From the NCBI GenBank assembly GCA_031398525.1, contig JANNNL010000018.1, forward strand, positions 1,011 to 65,010: DNA of 64,000 nt, read 5' to 3'. The notes under the pieces are model-generated. The model was not told where the DNA came from. It did no database searches and saw nothing but the letters and a program-made list of their open reading frames with translations. The DNA is from Actinomycetes bacterium. GTDB taxonomy: Bacteria > Actinomycetota > Acidimicrobiia > Acidimicrobiales > Ilumatobacteraceae. Below are positions 1-10,457 of the stretch, piece after piece; within the stretch, counting starts at the first letter, position 1; each line of letters starts with the position of its first letter. The translations under genes and the position numbers were made by a program.

Positions 1-1
1 C

Positions 2-187
2 CGACCGATCCAACGCTGGGCCGGGGTGCCGCGCACCGAGCGCTACCGGGTGATCGACGGATCGCGAGTCGTCGTAGTCGTCGATCACGAGGTACCGGCG
101 GCGATTGTCGCCCACGTCAACGAGACCGGACGGGTGACATACATCGACCACGTGTACAACCCGTTGGTCACGCCTGTCGCCGGCTGA
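2..187 (+). CDS. 3' end of an upstream gene (partial, function unknown)
   Basis: Open frame from the window edge to TGA at 185-187 with GC-rich third positions. No recognisable motif. Confidence 0.3.
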   Translation, partial: RPIQRWAGVPRTERYRVIDGSRVVVVVDHEVPAAIVAHVNETGRVTYIDHVYNPLVTPVAG

Positions 188-205
188 GCGTCCTACCCTG
201 GGCGG

Positions 206-2509
206 GTGACCGCCGGCATCGATCCTGTCCTGTCCGCGCCACGACCGCGGTTCGCCGAGACCGACGCGGTCTCACTGGCGAGCGCAACATTCGGCGTCGC
301 CGCCGTATCGGCCCGAAACCTTGGGAGCGAACGCGACCAGGCCTTCCTGCTCGTCGGCAATGTTGGTGACCCGCTTGCTGTGATGAAGGTCTCGAATCCC
401 GCCGAGTCGACGGCGATGCTCGACATGGAAGCCCTGGTTGTTGCCCACATCGCCCGCGCCGATCCCGACCTTCCGGTGGCTCGGCCGTGGCCTGCGCCGG
501 GCGTGGAAACGACGGGTGCGGAGGGATTCCGGGTGAGGGCCGAGGGGTGTTGGGTGCGGATGTACGACGTGATGCCCGGCCATGGCCGCCGCGATCCGCT
601 GACGTTTGACGATGAGGTGCTGACCGCATGGGGAACGACTACCGCCCGACTGAGCCGGGCGACTCGGGGCTTCTTTCACCACGCCGGAGGTCGAGTGATG
701 CCGTGGGATGTGCAGCACGCGCTGACCGTTCGGCCGATGGTGCCATGCATCGCCGACCCGGACTGGCAGGCGACGGTGCACGGGGCGCTCGATCGCTACG
801 AGGCGGTGGTGTCGCCCGTGTGGTCGGCCCTGCGGGCGCAGATCGTCCACGGCGACCTGACGACCGACAATGCGTTGGTTGACAACGACGGCCGGGTGAC
901 CGGCATTGTCGATTTCGGCGACATGAGCCATTCCGCCTCGATCATCGACTTGGTCGCGACGTTGGACTCATTGGGCGCGGGCCGGTCGGGCGCGGAACTC
1001 TTGCGCGTTGCTCGCCTGATCATCGACGGCTACGAGCGTGTGCTGCCGCTGGAGTCTGTGGAACTGGCGATTCTCGGGGAGTTGTGGGCGGCACGGGCCG
1101 CGATCGGCGTGGCCATTTCGTCCTGGCGGGTCGAGCAGGGGTTGGAGGATGCGGCGTTCGCCGAGCGTTACAACCCGACCGCGATGGAGATGGTCGACAC
1201 CCTCGAGTCGGTTGGTTGGCGGCTCGGGCCGTCGCGCCCACCGAGGCGCGGCGCGCTCGTGGCGCGCCGGGAGGTGGCGTTCGGTCCAGGCATGGAGGCG
1301 TTGACCTACGACGAACCCATCGAGGTCGTGTCGGCCGAAGGGGTCTGGCTCACGGCGTCCGACGGGCGGCGGTATCTCGATATGTACAACAACGTGCCGT
1401 GCGTCGGCCACGCCCACCCGCGAGTCGTCGAGGCGATCGCCCGACAGGGTCGCGTGCTCAATACCAATCTGCGATACCTCCACCGGGACGCGATCGAACT
1501 GGCCGAGCGTCTCGCAGATCGATGCCCAGCCGAACTCGACACCGTCGTGTTTGTCAACTCGGGCTCCGAGGCCAACGATCTGGCATGGCGCATGGCGTGC
1601 GCCGTGACGGGTCGCAGCGGCGGGCTGTGCACGTCGTTTGCGTACCACGGCGTCACCGAGGCGGTCGCCGCATTCTCGCCCGAAACCTGGCCGAGCGGCT
1701 ATGAGCCGGGCCACATCGGGCGATGGGCCCCACCCGACGCGTTGCGCTCGGCTCATCTTGGACCGCAGGGTTTCACCGCCGCGATCGACCACCTGGCTGG
1801 TCGTGGTCACGGCTTGGCCGCAGTGATGCTCGACGGGGTCCTGCAGAGCGATGGTGTCCTCGATCCGGCGGCTGACTATGTCCAGGACATGGTACGTCGC
1901 ACTCACGCGGCCGGCGGGCTGTGGATTGCCGACGAGGTGCAGGGCGGCCACGGTCGTACCGGGCTCGGACTCTGGTCGTTCGAACGATTCGGTGTCACAC
2001 CCGACTTCGTTACCCTCGGCAAACCGATGGGCAATGGACATCCGGTTGCGGCGGTGATCACCCGCCGATCGACTGCGGCGGCATTCGGAGCTGCTCAGGG
2101 AACGTTCTTCTCAACGTTCGGTGGCAACCAGGTATCGATCGCTGCGGCGTCGGCGGTGCTCGATGTGCTCGATGACGAGCGCGTCATCGAGCGGACGGCA
2201 ATCGTTGGCGAACAGTTGCGAACCGCGCTTCACCGGGTGATGATCAATGATGATTGGGTGGGCGATGTGCGCGGCGTCGGGCTGGCGAACGCCGTCGAGA
2301 TCGTGACCGATCGGACGACGAACACCCCCGATCCGCACCAGGCCGAGACGTTCAAGAATGCGCTTCGTCGACACGGAGTGCTCGTCGGAACAACGGGCCC
2401 GGTGGGCAACGTGATCAAGATCCGACCACCATTGGCCTTCCATGCCGACCACCTCGTTCCGTTCATCGACGGCTGGGAAGCGGCGCGCTCATCGGTGCTC
2501 ATGGGCTGA
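206..2509 (+). CDS. Fusion protein: N-terminal aminoglycoside-phosphotransferase-like kinase domain plus C-terminal class III (PLP) aminotransferase/phospho-lyase-like domain
   Basis: 767-aa ORF. The N-terminal half has the APH-type HGDLTTDN and DFGD motifs. The C-terminal half has class III aminotransferase motifs ([31 protein letters not shown]). Confidence 0.85.
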   Translation: MTAGIDPVLSAPRPRFAETDAVSLASATFGVAAVSARNLGSERDQAFLLVGNVGDPLAVMKVSNPAESTAMLDMEALVVAHIARADPDLPVARPWPAPGVETTGAEGFRVRAEGCWVRMYDVMPGHGRRDPLTFDDEVLTAWGTTTARLSRATRGFFHHAGGRVMPWDVQHALTVRPMVPCIADPDWQATVHGALDRYEAVVSPVWSALRAQIVHGDLTTDNALVDNDGRVTGIVDFGDMSHSASIIDLVATLDSLGAGRSGAELLRVARLIIDGYERVLPLESVELAILGELWAARAAIGVAISSWRVEQGLEDAAFAERYNPTAMEMVDTLESVGWRLGPSRPPRRGALVARREVAFGPGMEALTYDEPIEVVSAEGVWLTASDGRRYLDMYNNVPCVGHAHPRVVEAIARQGRVLNTNLRYLHRDAIELAERLADRCPAELDTVVFVNSGSEANDLAWRMACAVTGRSGGLCTSFAYHGVTEAVAAFSPETWPSGYEPGHIGRWAPPDALRSAHLGPQGFTAAIDHLAGRGHGLAAVMLDGVLQSDGVLDPAADYVQDMVRRTHAAGGLWIADEVQGGHGRTGLGLWSFERFGVTPDFVTLGKPMGNGHPVAAVITRRSTAAAFGAAQGTFFSTFGGNQVSIAAASAVLDVLDDERVIERTAIVGEQLRTALHRVMINDDWVGDVRGVGLANAVEIVTDRTTNTPDPHQAETFKNALRRHGVLVGTTGPVGNVIKIRPPLAFHADHLVPFIDGWEAARSSVLMG

Positions 2510-2671
2510 CTACTCCCCGTCGACCAAGCCGACCTCACCCGGCAACCTACGAATGGCCGCCACGCGCGGAGGTCGAGGCGAAATCTTGTCGATTTGCAGA
2601 CCGACCTGAATACCTCAAATGGTGATCGAGCTGGCACAATGGGTGAGTTCGGCGAGAGAGATGGAAGTTGC

Positions 2672-3283
2672 ATGCGGCGGGTTGTCGGTGGAGTGGTGTT
2701 GGTGTTGGGTTCGATGGTCGCGGCAACGCCGGGGGCTGGGGCGGTGGGCGAGGACGAGACGTGGACGTCAAAAGCCGAAGCGGTGTTCACCACCTGTACG
2801 GCGTCGACGGCGGTGGGGGCGCACTGTGACGCCTGGACGGTGACGGCGACCAAGATCACCGACCCGGATGGCTCCAAGTCGATGTTGGTGGCGGCGCAGT
2901 TCGACATGACAAAAACCGCCACGGGTTTCACTCGAAAACTGAAGGGTTCCGGTTCCGCGCGCGCAACGGTCACCATCGACTCGAAGTTGGTCGCTGCATC
3001 GTCGAAGGCGACGATTTCGATGCTTGGGAACTGCACGGCTAGCGGGTGTACTCGTTCGAATCTCGCAGTCGAACTGAAGCTGGTCGGGACGGGCGCGGTG
3101 ATGGTCGATGGTGGTGTGGTGAGTAACCCCATCGGTACGTGCCGTTCCGACTTGTCGTGGGATTCCAAGAAGCGGGCCGCAACGGCGACTGGCAAAATCG
3201 GAGTTACGGCGATGACCGCAACGTCGGTGATTTCGGCCCCATTGATGTCGATCTATCACGAGGAGAACGAAGTCGTTTGCTGA
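2672..3283 (+). CDS. Secreted Cys-containing protein, unknown function (paralog A)
   Basis: Signal-peptide-like N-terminus (MRRVVGGVVLVLGSMVAATPGAGA). Shares the motifs FTTC..GAHC.AW, DSKL..AS and RAATATG with the next gene. Confidence 0.6.
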   Translation: MRRVVGGVVLVLGSMVAATPGAGAVGEDETWTSKAEAVFTTCTASTAVGAHCDAWTVTATKITDPDGSKSMLVAAQFDMTKTATGFTRKLKGSGSARATVTIDSKLVAASSKATISMLGNCTASGCTRSNLAVELKLVGTGAVMVDGGVVSNPIGTCRSDLSWDSKKRAATATGKIGVTAMTATSVISAPLMSIYHEENEVVC

Positions 3284-3441
3284 TGATCGACCAGCGTCTT
3301 CGGTCGATCTACTGACCGGCGACGCTGCCGTCCTCGGGTGGATCAAGCGTGGTTTCGCTACGACCGGGAACCAATCTGTCGTGCCGAACGTCACAACTGC
3401 ATTGCGGCGCTGGGTCGCAGTCAATTGATGAGGGGATTCAG

Positions 3442-4131
3442 ATGAAGCGAGCGATGTGGGCGACGGGTGTCGTGGCGGTGTCGGCGTTGGTGCCGATGGG
3501 AGCGGTGACGGCGGCTAGCAGTTCGTACAAGTACGAGCGGTCAAGTGCCGGCGCGAATGCGATCTTTACGACATGCTCGGGGGCACTCGTTCCCGGGGCT
3601 CATTGCGAAGCCTGGGTGGTCAACGCCGACAAGAGTACGGGTACCGACGGCAAGCAGTCCATGGTTTCGGTCACGATCTACGACGTTGAGATCCTCGATG
3701 GAGGCTTCAACCCTGTGTACCGAGGCTCGGGTAGCGCGGAGGGGTCGATCTCGGTCGACAGCAAGCTCGGCAAGGCCTCAGCCACGGCGACGGTCCCGGT
3801 CGTGGTCGATTGCACGGAGGACGGGTTCTGCACCGAGCAGTCTGTTGTGGTGTCGGCCCAATGGGTCGCGGCTGCCGGGTTGGTCAAGCATTCCGAAACG
3901 TCTGACGATGATGACGGCACGTGCAAGACGTCGCGCTCGTACAAATCGTTGAATCGGGCGGCGACCGCCACGGGCACGGTTGACGGCCCGAGCTACACCG
4001 CTACCAATGTGGTGCAGCCGCCGCAGATTTTCTCAACCCAGGAGTCGTACAAGGCGACTGGTTGCGACGGTCCGGTGTTCACCCCACAGTCGGCTCTCGA
4101 AGCCACGGTGCCGGTCTTCCAAGTCGGTTGA
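3442..4131 (+). CDS. Secreted Cys-containing protein, unknown function (paralog B)
   Basis: ATG at 3442 preceded by GAGGGGA. Signal peptide MKRAMWATGVVAVSALVPMGAVTAA. Same conserved motifs and Cys spacing as 2672-3283. Confidence 0.6.
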   Translation: MKRAMWATGVVAVSALVPMGAVTAASSSYKYERSSAGANAIFTTCSGALVPGAHCEAWVVNADKSTGTDGKQSMVSVTIYDVEILDGGFNPVYRGSGSAEGSISVDSKLGKASATATVPVVVDCTEDGFCTEQSVVVSAQWVAAAGLVKHSETSDDDDGTCKTSRSYKSLNRAATATGTVDGPSYTATNVVQPPQIFSTQESYKATGCDGPVFTPQSALEATVPVFQVG

Positions 4132-4196
4132 GGGTGAGAGCGGTCGAGGCGATCGTCGCTTCGACCGCTCCCGTCGTCCCCGATGCCGCTCGGTGT

Positions 4197-5495
4197 TCAG
4201 TCGATGAGGGCGAAGTCGTGGTCGGTGAGCCAGTGGCGGCCGACCGACTTCGGTCCGGCCCACCGGTCGACCAGGCGTTGACCGGTGGGATCATCGGCGG
4301 TGATCTGGCCGAAGTCCTCGGGGGTCGGGCCGATGCGGGCTGCGTGCTCGGCGAGTTTCGGGATGTCGAAGCCGTAGATCTCGGCGGCGGCCAGTCCGAT
4401 CATCCGACGGGTCTCGTCGATCGGAATGTCATGGAATGTGCGCTTCAGCCACTCCCGAGTGATCGGCCAGGTGCCCTCGGGGTGGGGGAAATCGTTGCCC
4501 CAGCAGATGTTGTCGATGCCAATCTCGTAGCGCATCCCGATTTCGCGGCGCTTGGTGTTCGAGGCCCCGATGAAGCAATTGCGGTCGATGTACTCCGACG
4601 GGGCCATCGACAGTCGGCCGGCGAACGGGTTGGCCCCCAACTTCTCGGTGCCCTTCTGCCCGAACCACAGGCGGTCCCAGAACCAGATCATCGACGGCAG
4701 CCACCAACAGCCGGCCTCGGTGACGCCGAAGCGCAGCCCAGGAAAGCGTTCGAACACTCCCGACCAGAGCATGAACCACATTGGCCGCGCCGGCCACCAC
4801 ACCACTTCTGAGACGTAGATTCCCAGGTGGTCGCCGAATTCTTCGCGGGGTGCGGGGCCCGAGTGGGTCGAAATCGGCAGTTGCAGTTCTTCACACAGCG
4901 CCCACACCGGGTCGTAGCGCTTGTCGTGATACGGCTCCTGCGACATCCACATCGCCGGGATCATCACGCCCCCCAAGCCGTCGGCCTTCGCCTTGCGGAT
5001 CTCGGCGAGGACGTCGTCGAGCGGGGCGGTGATCGGCACCAGCGCCATGCCGCGGCGGCGTTCGGGGCTCGATGCACAGAGTTCGGCCAGCCAGCGGTTG
5101 TGGGCTCGTGCCCCGGCCAGGCCCAACTCGGGGTCCATGTCGCCCGACATGCCGAGCCCGGCGCCGAACGGTACGCAGGTGCGGCTTTCCACTGCGTCGG
5201 CATCGGGAAACACCACCTCGCCGGCCACGCCGTCACCGTCGAGTTCCTGATCGCGCCGAGTTGCTTCCCAACCACCGCGCAACGCCTCTTCGTGGAGCTC
5301 GTACCACTTGGCGGCGAAGTCCTCGTTGCGCACCCCAAGTCGCGTGATCGCTTCGAGTTGGGCCTGTCGCTCGGTGAGGAAGTCGTCGAACTGCGGATGG
5401 AACCGTGACTCGAGGTAACCGCGGTATTCCTCGGTCGGCAGGCCCGCATGGCTATCGGCCGAGACGACGATGTACGGATCGTTGACGCTGCTCAT
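4197..5495 (-). CDS. Amidohydrolase-2 family metal-dependent hydrolase/decarboxylase-like protein
   Basis: 432-aa ORF with the N-terminal VVSADSHAG metal-binding motif and GNDFPHPEG near the C-terminus. Paralog of 20292-21534. Confidence 0.85.
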   Translation of the reverse strand: MSSVNDPYIVVSADSHAGLPTEEYRGYLESRFHPQFDDFLTERQAQLEAITRLGVRNEDFAAKWYELHEEALRGGWEATRRDQELDGDGVAGEVVFPDADAVESRTCVPFGAGLGMSGDMDPELGLAGARAHNRWLAELCASSPERRRGMALVPITAPLDDVLAEIRKAKADGLGGVMIPAMWMSQEPYHDKRYDPVWALCEELQLPISTHSGPAPREEFGDHLGIYVSEVVWWPARPMWFMLWSGVFERFPGLRFGVTEAGCWWLPSMIWFWDRLWFGQKGTEKLGANPFAGRLSMAPSEYIDRNCFIGASNTKRREIGMRYEIGIDNICWGNDFPHPEGTWPITREWLKRTFHDIPIDETRRMIGLAAAEIYGFDIPKLAEHAARIGPTPEDFGQITADDPTGQRLVDRWAGPKSVGRHWLTDHDFALID

Positions 5496-5529
5496 TCCCC
5501 GATTGTCGTCGGCGGCCGTGTCCCTTGTC

Positions 5530-6460
5530 CTACCGAGCGGCCCCAGCTTCCACCGGATCGGGCAAGCGGGCCGGTTCGGGACGGCTGGTGAGGATGGCTC
5601 CGACGATCACGATGGCCATGCCGACGATGGCGAGCGGATGGAGTTGTTCGTCGCGCACGGTAACGCCGAGCAGCAGTCCGACGATCGGGGTGAAGAAGAT
5701 GCCGATCATGCCGCGAACCGGGCCCGCGCGATGGAGGAGCAGCGAATACATCGCGAAGGCGACCCCGGTGCCGATGAAGCCGAGGACTGCCAGCGCCCCG
5801 ACGGCGCTCCAGGTGAAGTTGCTGTCGGGGATGCCAGCGATGCCGAACGGCAGCGACCACATCGCCCCGAACACCGTGATCCACAGCATGCTCGGCAACG
5901 CGCCGTAGGTGGCCTGCAAGGGTCGCGACGTGTTGGCCGCTATCGCGGTAACAGAGCAGCGCAGCGAGCAGCAGCACGATGCCGCCGCCGTCGGCCCCGG
6001 TGGCGCTGCCGACCGACGACAGCGAGATCATCGCGATTCCGGTCGCGCCGATCACTACGGCGAGGCACCGTCGGGCGCTCGGCACGGTGCGGGTGAATAG
6101 GGCGGTGACGATCGTGGTGACGACCGGCAATCCACCATTGATCATCCCGGTTATCGACGAACTGACGGTCCGTTCCGCTACCGGATAGAGCAGGAACGGG
6201 ATCGCCATCCAGATCAGCCCGGTGCAGATGAACCTCGGCAGATCGGCCCGTTGAATCCGTCGTCGAGCGGCCGGAAACAAGGCGAGTCCGATGGTGCCGA
6301 ACACACACCGGGCCAACGGCACAACGGGTGAAGTGACGTGGTCGATGGCGATGGCGATCCACAGGAACGAGCTGCCCCAGATGATCGCAACACCCACGGA
6401 CATCACCCACTCGGGCGGTCCGAAGGTCAGGTCTTGTTCGTTGATCGTCGCGGATGCCAC
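5530..6460 (-). pseudogene. EamA/DMT family transporter, reading frame broken once
   Basis: The N-terminal EamA half is in the frame of ORF 5492-6460, and the C-terminal half (ANTSRPLQATYGALPSMLW...) is in ORF 5530-5919. Hand translation shows that removing one G/C at 5947-5948 restores ...LLLAALLCYAIAANTSRPLQ.... Confidence 0.7.
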
Positions 6461-6532
6461 GGGGTCAGCATGACATCACCCCCGTTGAGCTGGCCGATCC
6501 ATTGCGATGCCCAGCCGGGTACTGTCTGTCCT

Positions 6533-6964
6533 ATGCCCAGCGACTTCATGCTCAAGACGATGAACACCGTGCACCGCACACTGCTGAAGGTCAGCTTCGG
6601 AAAGATTGGCTGGAACGCCGGAAGCATGCCGGTGCTGGAGCTGACCACGATCGGCCGCAAAAGTGGTCAGCCTCGATCGGTCATGCTCACTTCGCCGTTC
6701 CAGGAAGGCGACCGCCTCGTGATCGTGGCGTCGAAGGGTGGCGACGACACTCACCCGGCATGGTTCTTGAATCTGCGTGACAACCCGCAGGTCGAGGTGG
6801 TGTGGAAGGGCGGAACGAAGCGCCCGATGACCGCCCGAATCGCCACCGCCGACGAGCGGACCCGGATGTGGCCGCTCGTCACCGCCAAGTACAAAAACTA
6901 CGCTGGCTATCAGACCAAGACCAGTCGCGAGATTCCCCTCGTGTTGCTCGAACCCGTCGCCTGA
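6533..6964 (+). CDS. Deazaflavin (F420H2)-dependent nitroreductase family protein (Ddn/DUF385-like)
   Basis: Motifs GRKSGQPRSVML, ASKGGDDTHPAWFLNL and MWPLVTAKYKNYAGYQ are typical of PF04075. The in-frame ATG at 6533 fits the family length. Confidence 0.8.
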   Translation: MPSDFMLKTMNTVHRTLLKVSFGKIGWNAGSMPVLELTTIGRKSGQPRSVMLTSPFQEGDRLVIVASKGGDDTHPAWFLNLRDNPQVEVVWKGGTKRPMTARIATADERTRMWPLVTAKYKNYAGYQTKTSREIPLVLLEPVA

Positions 6965-6968
6965 GGTT

Positions 6969-7483
6969 CTATGGCCCGGTTCGATGCGTCGCGAGGAAGC
7001 CGATCAATGCACTGACGGTGGCGCTCAGACTGATCGGATCCGTCGCGACGTGGCTGACGCCGGGGATTTCGACGTACGTGCCGTCGGGACGGCCGCAGCA
7101 ACGTCTCGTAGACCGCGGGCCGGGAAAATTGGGTCGAGTTCGTTGGCAACGACGAGTTCCGGATGGCGGATCGCCAGGGTTTGGGTGATCAGCGCGCCGA
7201 GCGACACCCCGAGCACATGGGCCGGGCCGACCTCGGCCAACACGGCCCCGGCGTCGGCCATCGCCCAGACCGTCCGTGGCGGTGTCGGGCATGCCGCCCC
7301 GACCATGCCCCGGTTGTCGAACGTGACGACCCGATACCCCGCTTCGACGAGCGCCGTCGCACCCCGAGCAGCGGGCACATTGCCGCCGGTTGACCGTTCC
7401 GCAGACGAGCAAGACCGTGCCCTGCCCACCGTCTCCTGGGTGTCGTACATGCTCTCGATGCCGTTGGCGGTGAACTGTCCCAT
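6969..7483 (-). pseudogene. Alpha/beta hydrolase remnant (frameshifts plus internal deletion)
   Basis: Pieces lie in two frames: MGQFTANGIESMYDT / GGQGTVLLVCGTVN / GGNVPAARGATALVEAGYRVVTFDNRG...GVSLGA (nucleophile elbow) / DGTYVEIPGVSHV. The roughly 100 aa normally found between the GxSxG elbow and the C-terminal His region are missing. Confidence 0.6.
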
Positions 7484-7595
7484 ACCGACCCGTACTGCGA
7501 TTCGAGGTTGCTGAAAGTTGAGTCGGTCGCGTCGGACGGGTGCTCTTTGAACCATCTCCGCCAGCGGCGGTGTCCGAGGATGCGGGCAACCGTGG

Positions 7596-8705
7596 TTGGG
7601 TAGTGTCGCTCGGGTGGATGTGCGGCCATTCTCGATCGACGTTGAGGAGGCAGCGCTCGTCGACCTGCGGGCGCGGCTGGAACGAACGCGCTGGCCATCG
7701 GACGCGCCTGGCCCGGCCTGGGAGCAGGGGACCGATCTCGCCTGGTTGCGCAGCCTCTGTGCGTACTGGATGTCTGAGTTCGATTGGCGCTCTCACGAGC
7801 GTCGCTTGAACTCCTACCCTCAGTTCCTCGCTGAGGTCGACGGCACGATCGTTCACTTCGTCCATCTGCGGCGTGGTGGGACACCGTTGATTCTGACGCA
7901 TGGTTGGCCGAGTTCGTTTCTCGAGTACCTACCCCTTGCCGAGCGGCTGGAGAACTTCGATCTGGTCATTCCGTCGCTGCCCGGCTACGGGTTCAGCGAA
8001 CGCCCGCCGGTGAGCACCACCCGCGACGTCGCCCGGCGGTGGCACGTCCTCATGCAGGGGCTTGGTTACGAGCGGTACGGCGCATGCGGGACCGACTTCG
8101 GTGCCGCGGTCACGACGTACATGGCGCTCGATGACCCGGCGCGACTGCTCGGCATTCACCTCTCGAACCTCGACAACGCGCCGACCCCGACCTCACCGCT
8201 GACCGACGCCGAGTGCGCCTACCTCGCTTCGGTCACCGGCTGGGACCGCCGTGAACGCGGTTACAGCCTGATCCAAGGAACGCGCCCCCAAACGCTGGGC
8301 TACGGGCTGACCGACTCGCCCGCCGCACTCGCGGCGTGGATCCTTGAGAAATGGCGGCTGTGGGCCGACACTGGAGGTGAGCTCGATGCTCGGTTCGATC
8401 GCGACGACCTCCTCACTCTCGTCACGCTGTATTGGGTGACCTCAACAATCGGCACCTCGATTCGTGACTACATCGACAACCGCTCGCACGCAACCGCGAC
8501 ACTTCCTGCGGACGTACGAGTCTCGATCCCCACCGGGATTGCAAACTTTCACCACAGCTACGTCCACGAAGGCATCGTGCCGCGTGAGTGGGCAGAACGC
8601 ATGTACAACATCACGCGATTCGCCGACATGCCGTCGGGTGGACACTTCGCGCCGATCGAGGAACCCGACCTCCTCGCAGCAGAGATCGCTCTGTTCTTCA
8701 GCTGA
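7596..8705 (+). CDS. Epoxide hydrolase (microsomal EH-like, with EHN N-terminal domain)
   Basis: VRPFSIDV..LVDLRARLERTRWP, GTDLAWLRSLCAYW, LILTHGWPSSFLEY and the C-terminal GGHFAPIEEP are characteristic. Confidence 0.85.
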   Translation: MGSVARVDVRPFSIDVEEAALVDLRARLERTRWPSDAPGPAWEQGTDLAWLRSLCAYWMSEFDWRSHERRLNSYPQFLAEVDGTIVHFVHLRRGGTPLILTHGWPSSFLEYLPLAERLENFDLVIPSLPGYGFSERPPVSTTRDVARRWHVLMQGLGYERYGACGTDFGAAVTTYMALDDPARLLGIHLSNLDNAPTPTSPLTDAECAYLASVTGWDRRERGYSLIQGTRPQTLGYGLTDSPAALAAWILEKWRLWADTGGELDARFDRDDLLTLVTLYWVTSTIGTSIRDYIDNRSHATATLPADVRVSIPTGIANFHHSYVHEGIVPREWAERMYNITRFADMPSGGHFAPIEEPDLLAAEIALFFS

Positions 8706-9132
8706 CGACACGCGCCCAGGACCACCTCACTCTTCCCAACGCGTCCCGAGAAACGGCGAGCGGGCGGCACCCGTTCCACCTGAGACGGTCCTCGCTGTAG
8801 TCGACCCCCCGCCCCGAGAAGACGGTCGAGGCCCAAGTGATCACGAACCGCCGTCGCGGCAACCTCAAGTTTCGTCACGACAACGCCGCCGCATCCTGGC
8901 AGGCCACCAACCGACTGACGGGTGAGGGTTCGATCATCTCGGCTTTGTCCTCGCCGACATGCTCAGCGCGTGCGTCAGCCGGTTGGCGGCTACCGTGTCG
9001 CCCGACCGACCGGACAGACAAATGCGTGATGTTCGGATGCTGAACGAACTGTTGCGCTGATACTGACGGTGTGGGCCGGGCGCGTTCGCATACCGCTTCC
9101 GGGTTGAGGCTGTGCGTGAGAGACGCAGGCAC

Positions 9133-9945
9133 TCACTCTGGGACGGCGGTGACGAAGACGTGGAACTCGTCGAGTTCGGTCGGTGCGCCGCCGTGGTAGC
9201 CGCCCAGCACTCGCGTGTCGGTGAAGCCAACCGAGGCAAGCAGCGACACGATCTCGTTCGAGGAGTACACGTTGGCGACGAGGGCGTGGGTCTCGTGCGC
9301 GACGAGGTCGTCGCTCTGCCATTGCCACGCCTGCAATTCGCGGGTCACGGAACGCTCGACCACATCGACGGCGCTGATCCGGTGGCGCAGTGCGTAGTGG
9401 AAGCCGTCGGGCCCGAGTCGGCGTTCCTTGCTCGGTGGTGGTGTCTCGTCGGCCATTCGGGGTCGCCACAGTCGCCAGCGATCATCGTCGAACTCGCCGA
9501 CCTTATTGTCGAAGGCCAGCACGCCGCCGGGGAGCAGATGGGAGCGGAGGCGTCGCAGGCCTTCGGTGTCGTCGGCGCGGCTGCCGCCGAGCCCGAACGC
9601 GCCGCAGCTGACGATGGTGCGGTAGCGGCGAGGCAGATCGAGCCGGTGGGTTGGTTGCACGTACAGAACGGGCTCGCGGCCAGCGGTGCGGGCGGCGATC
9701 TGGCAGGCCTCGATCATGTCGGGAGACGCGTCGACGCCGTCTACGTCGAGCCCGTCGGCCACCCACGGTACGAGCAGCCGGCCGCTCCCGCAGCCGACGT
9801 CGAGTGCCGGCTGACCGGATTCGACGTATGACTGGAAGAACGCGATCTCGGGTCCGTCGAGGTTGAAGTTTGCCCACCAACGGGCAATCAGACCGTGGTG
9901 CCAGGTCGTCGCAGCGGTCGAATCGCTGGCGTGGTCGTCGGTCAT
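9133..9945 (-). CDS. Class I SAM-dependent methyltransferase
   Basis: SAM-binding motif I LDVGCGSGRLL. Start moved to ATG at 9945 (MTDDHASD...). Confidence 0.8.
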   Translation of the reverse strand: MTDDHASDSTAATTWHHGLIARWWANFNLDGPEIAFFQSYVESGQPALDVGCGSGRLLVPWVADGLDVDGVDASPDMIEACQIAARTAGREPVLYVQPTHRLDLPRRYRTIVSCGAFGLGGSRADDTEGLRRLRSHLLPGGVLAFDNKVGEFDDDRWRLWRPRMADETPPPSKERRLGPDGFHYALRHRISAVDVVERSVTRELQAWQWQSDDLVAHETHALVANVYSSNEIVSLLASVGFTDTRVLGGYHGGAPTELDEFHVFVTAVPE

Positions 9946-10091
9946 CGGTAACACGCTAGAACGACAGGTCTCGCCAGCATCGGTCAATTGCGCGTCTGTG
10001 CCAGCATTCCGGGAACCAGACCCGATGAGGACCCCGTGTGTTCTCGACCGCCACCCTGATGTCACTACCATCGAGCCCCAAAGGAGTTCGT

Positions 10092-10457
10092 ATGTCCCTC
10101 ACCCATAGAGCCGTCACGTTCGACTGCGCGGATGCCACCGTCGTGAGTCAGTTCTGGTCAGCCGTACTCGGTCGGCCCGTCGACACCGAGCCGATGCCAC
10201 CATCGCCGTTCTTCGCCTCGATCGGCCTCGGCGATTCGTCGCGGATTGCGTACATGTTCATTCAGGTGCCGGAGGCCAAGACGGTCAAGAACCGGGCGCA
10301 CCTCGACCTCGACACCGACGACGTCGCCACCGAAGTCGCACGAGTGGTCTCGCTCGGCGCGACGCACATCCACGACAAAGATGAGTTTGACATGCAATGG
10401 ACCACCCTGGCCGACCCTGAAGGCAACGAGTTCTGCATCGGCACCCCACACCACTGA
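10092..10457 (+). CDS. VOC/glyoxalase family protein
   Basis: AAGGAG RBS at 10081-10086. MSLTHRAVTFDCAD..FW..VLG and the C-terminal DPEGNEFCI are typical of the VOC fold. Confidence 0.8.
   Translation: MSLTHRAVTFDCADATVVSQFWSAVLGRPVDTEPMPPSPFFASIGLGDSSRIAYMFIQVPEAKTVKNRAHLDLDTDDVATEVARVVSLGATHIHDKDEFDMQWTTLADPEGNEFCIGTPHH

Noticed and set aside
968-2041. 357-aa minus-strand ORF within the kinase-aminotransferase fusion gene
   Set aside because: It is antisense to a gene with clear PLP-enzyme motifs and has no recognisable domain.
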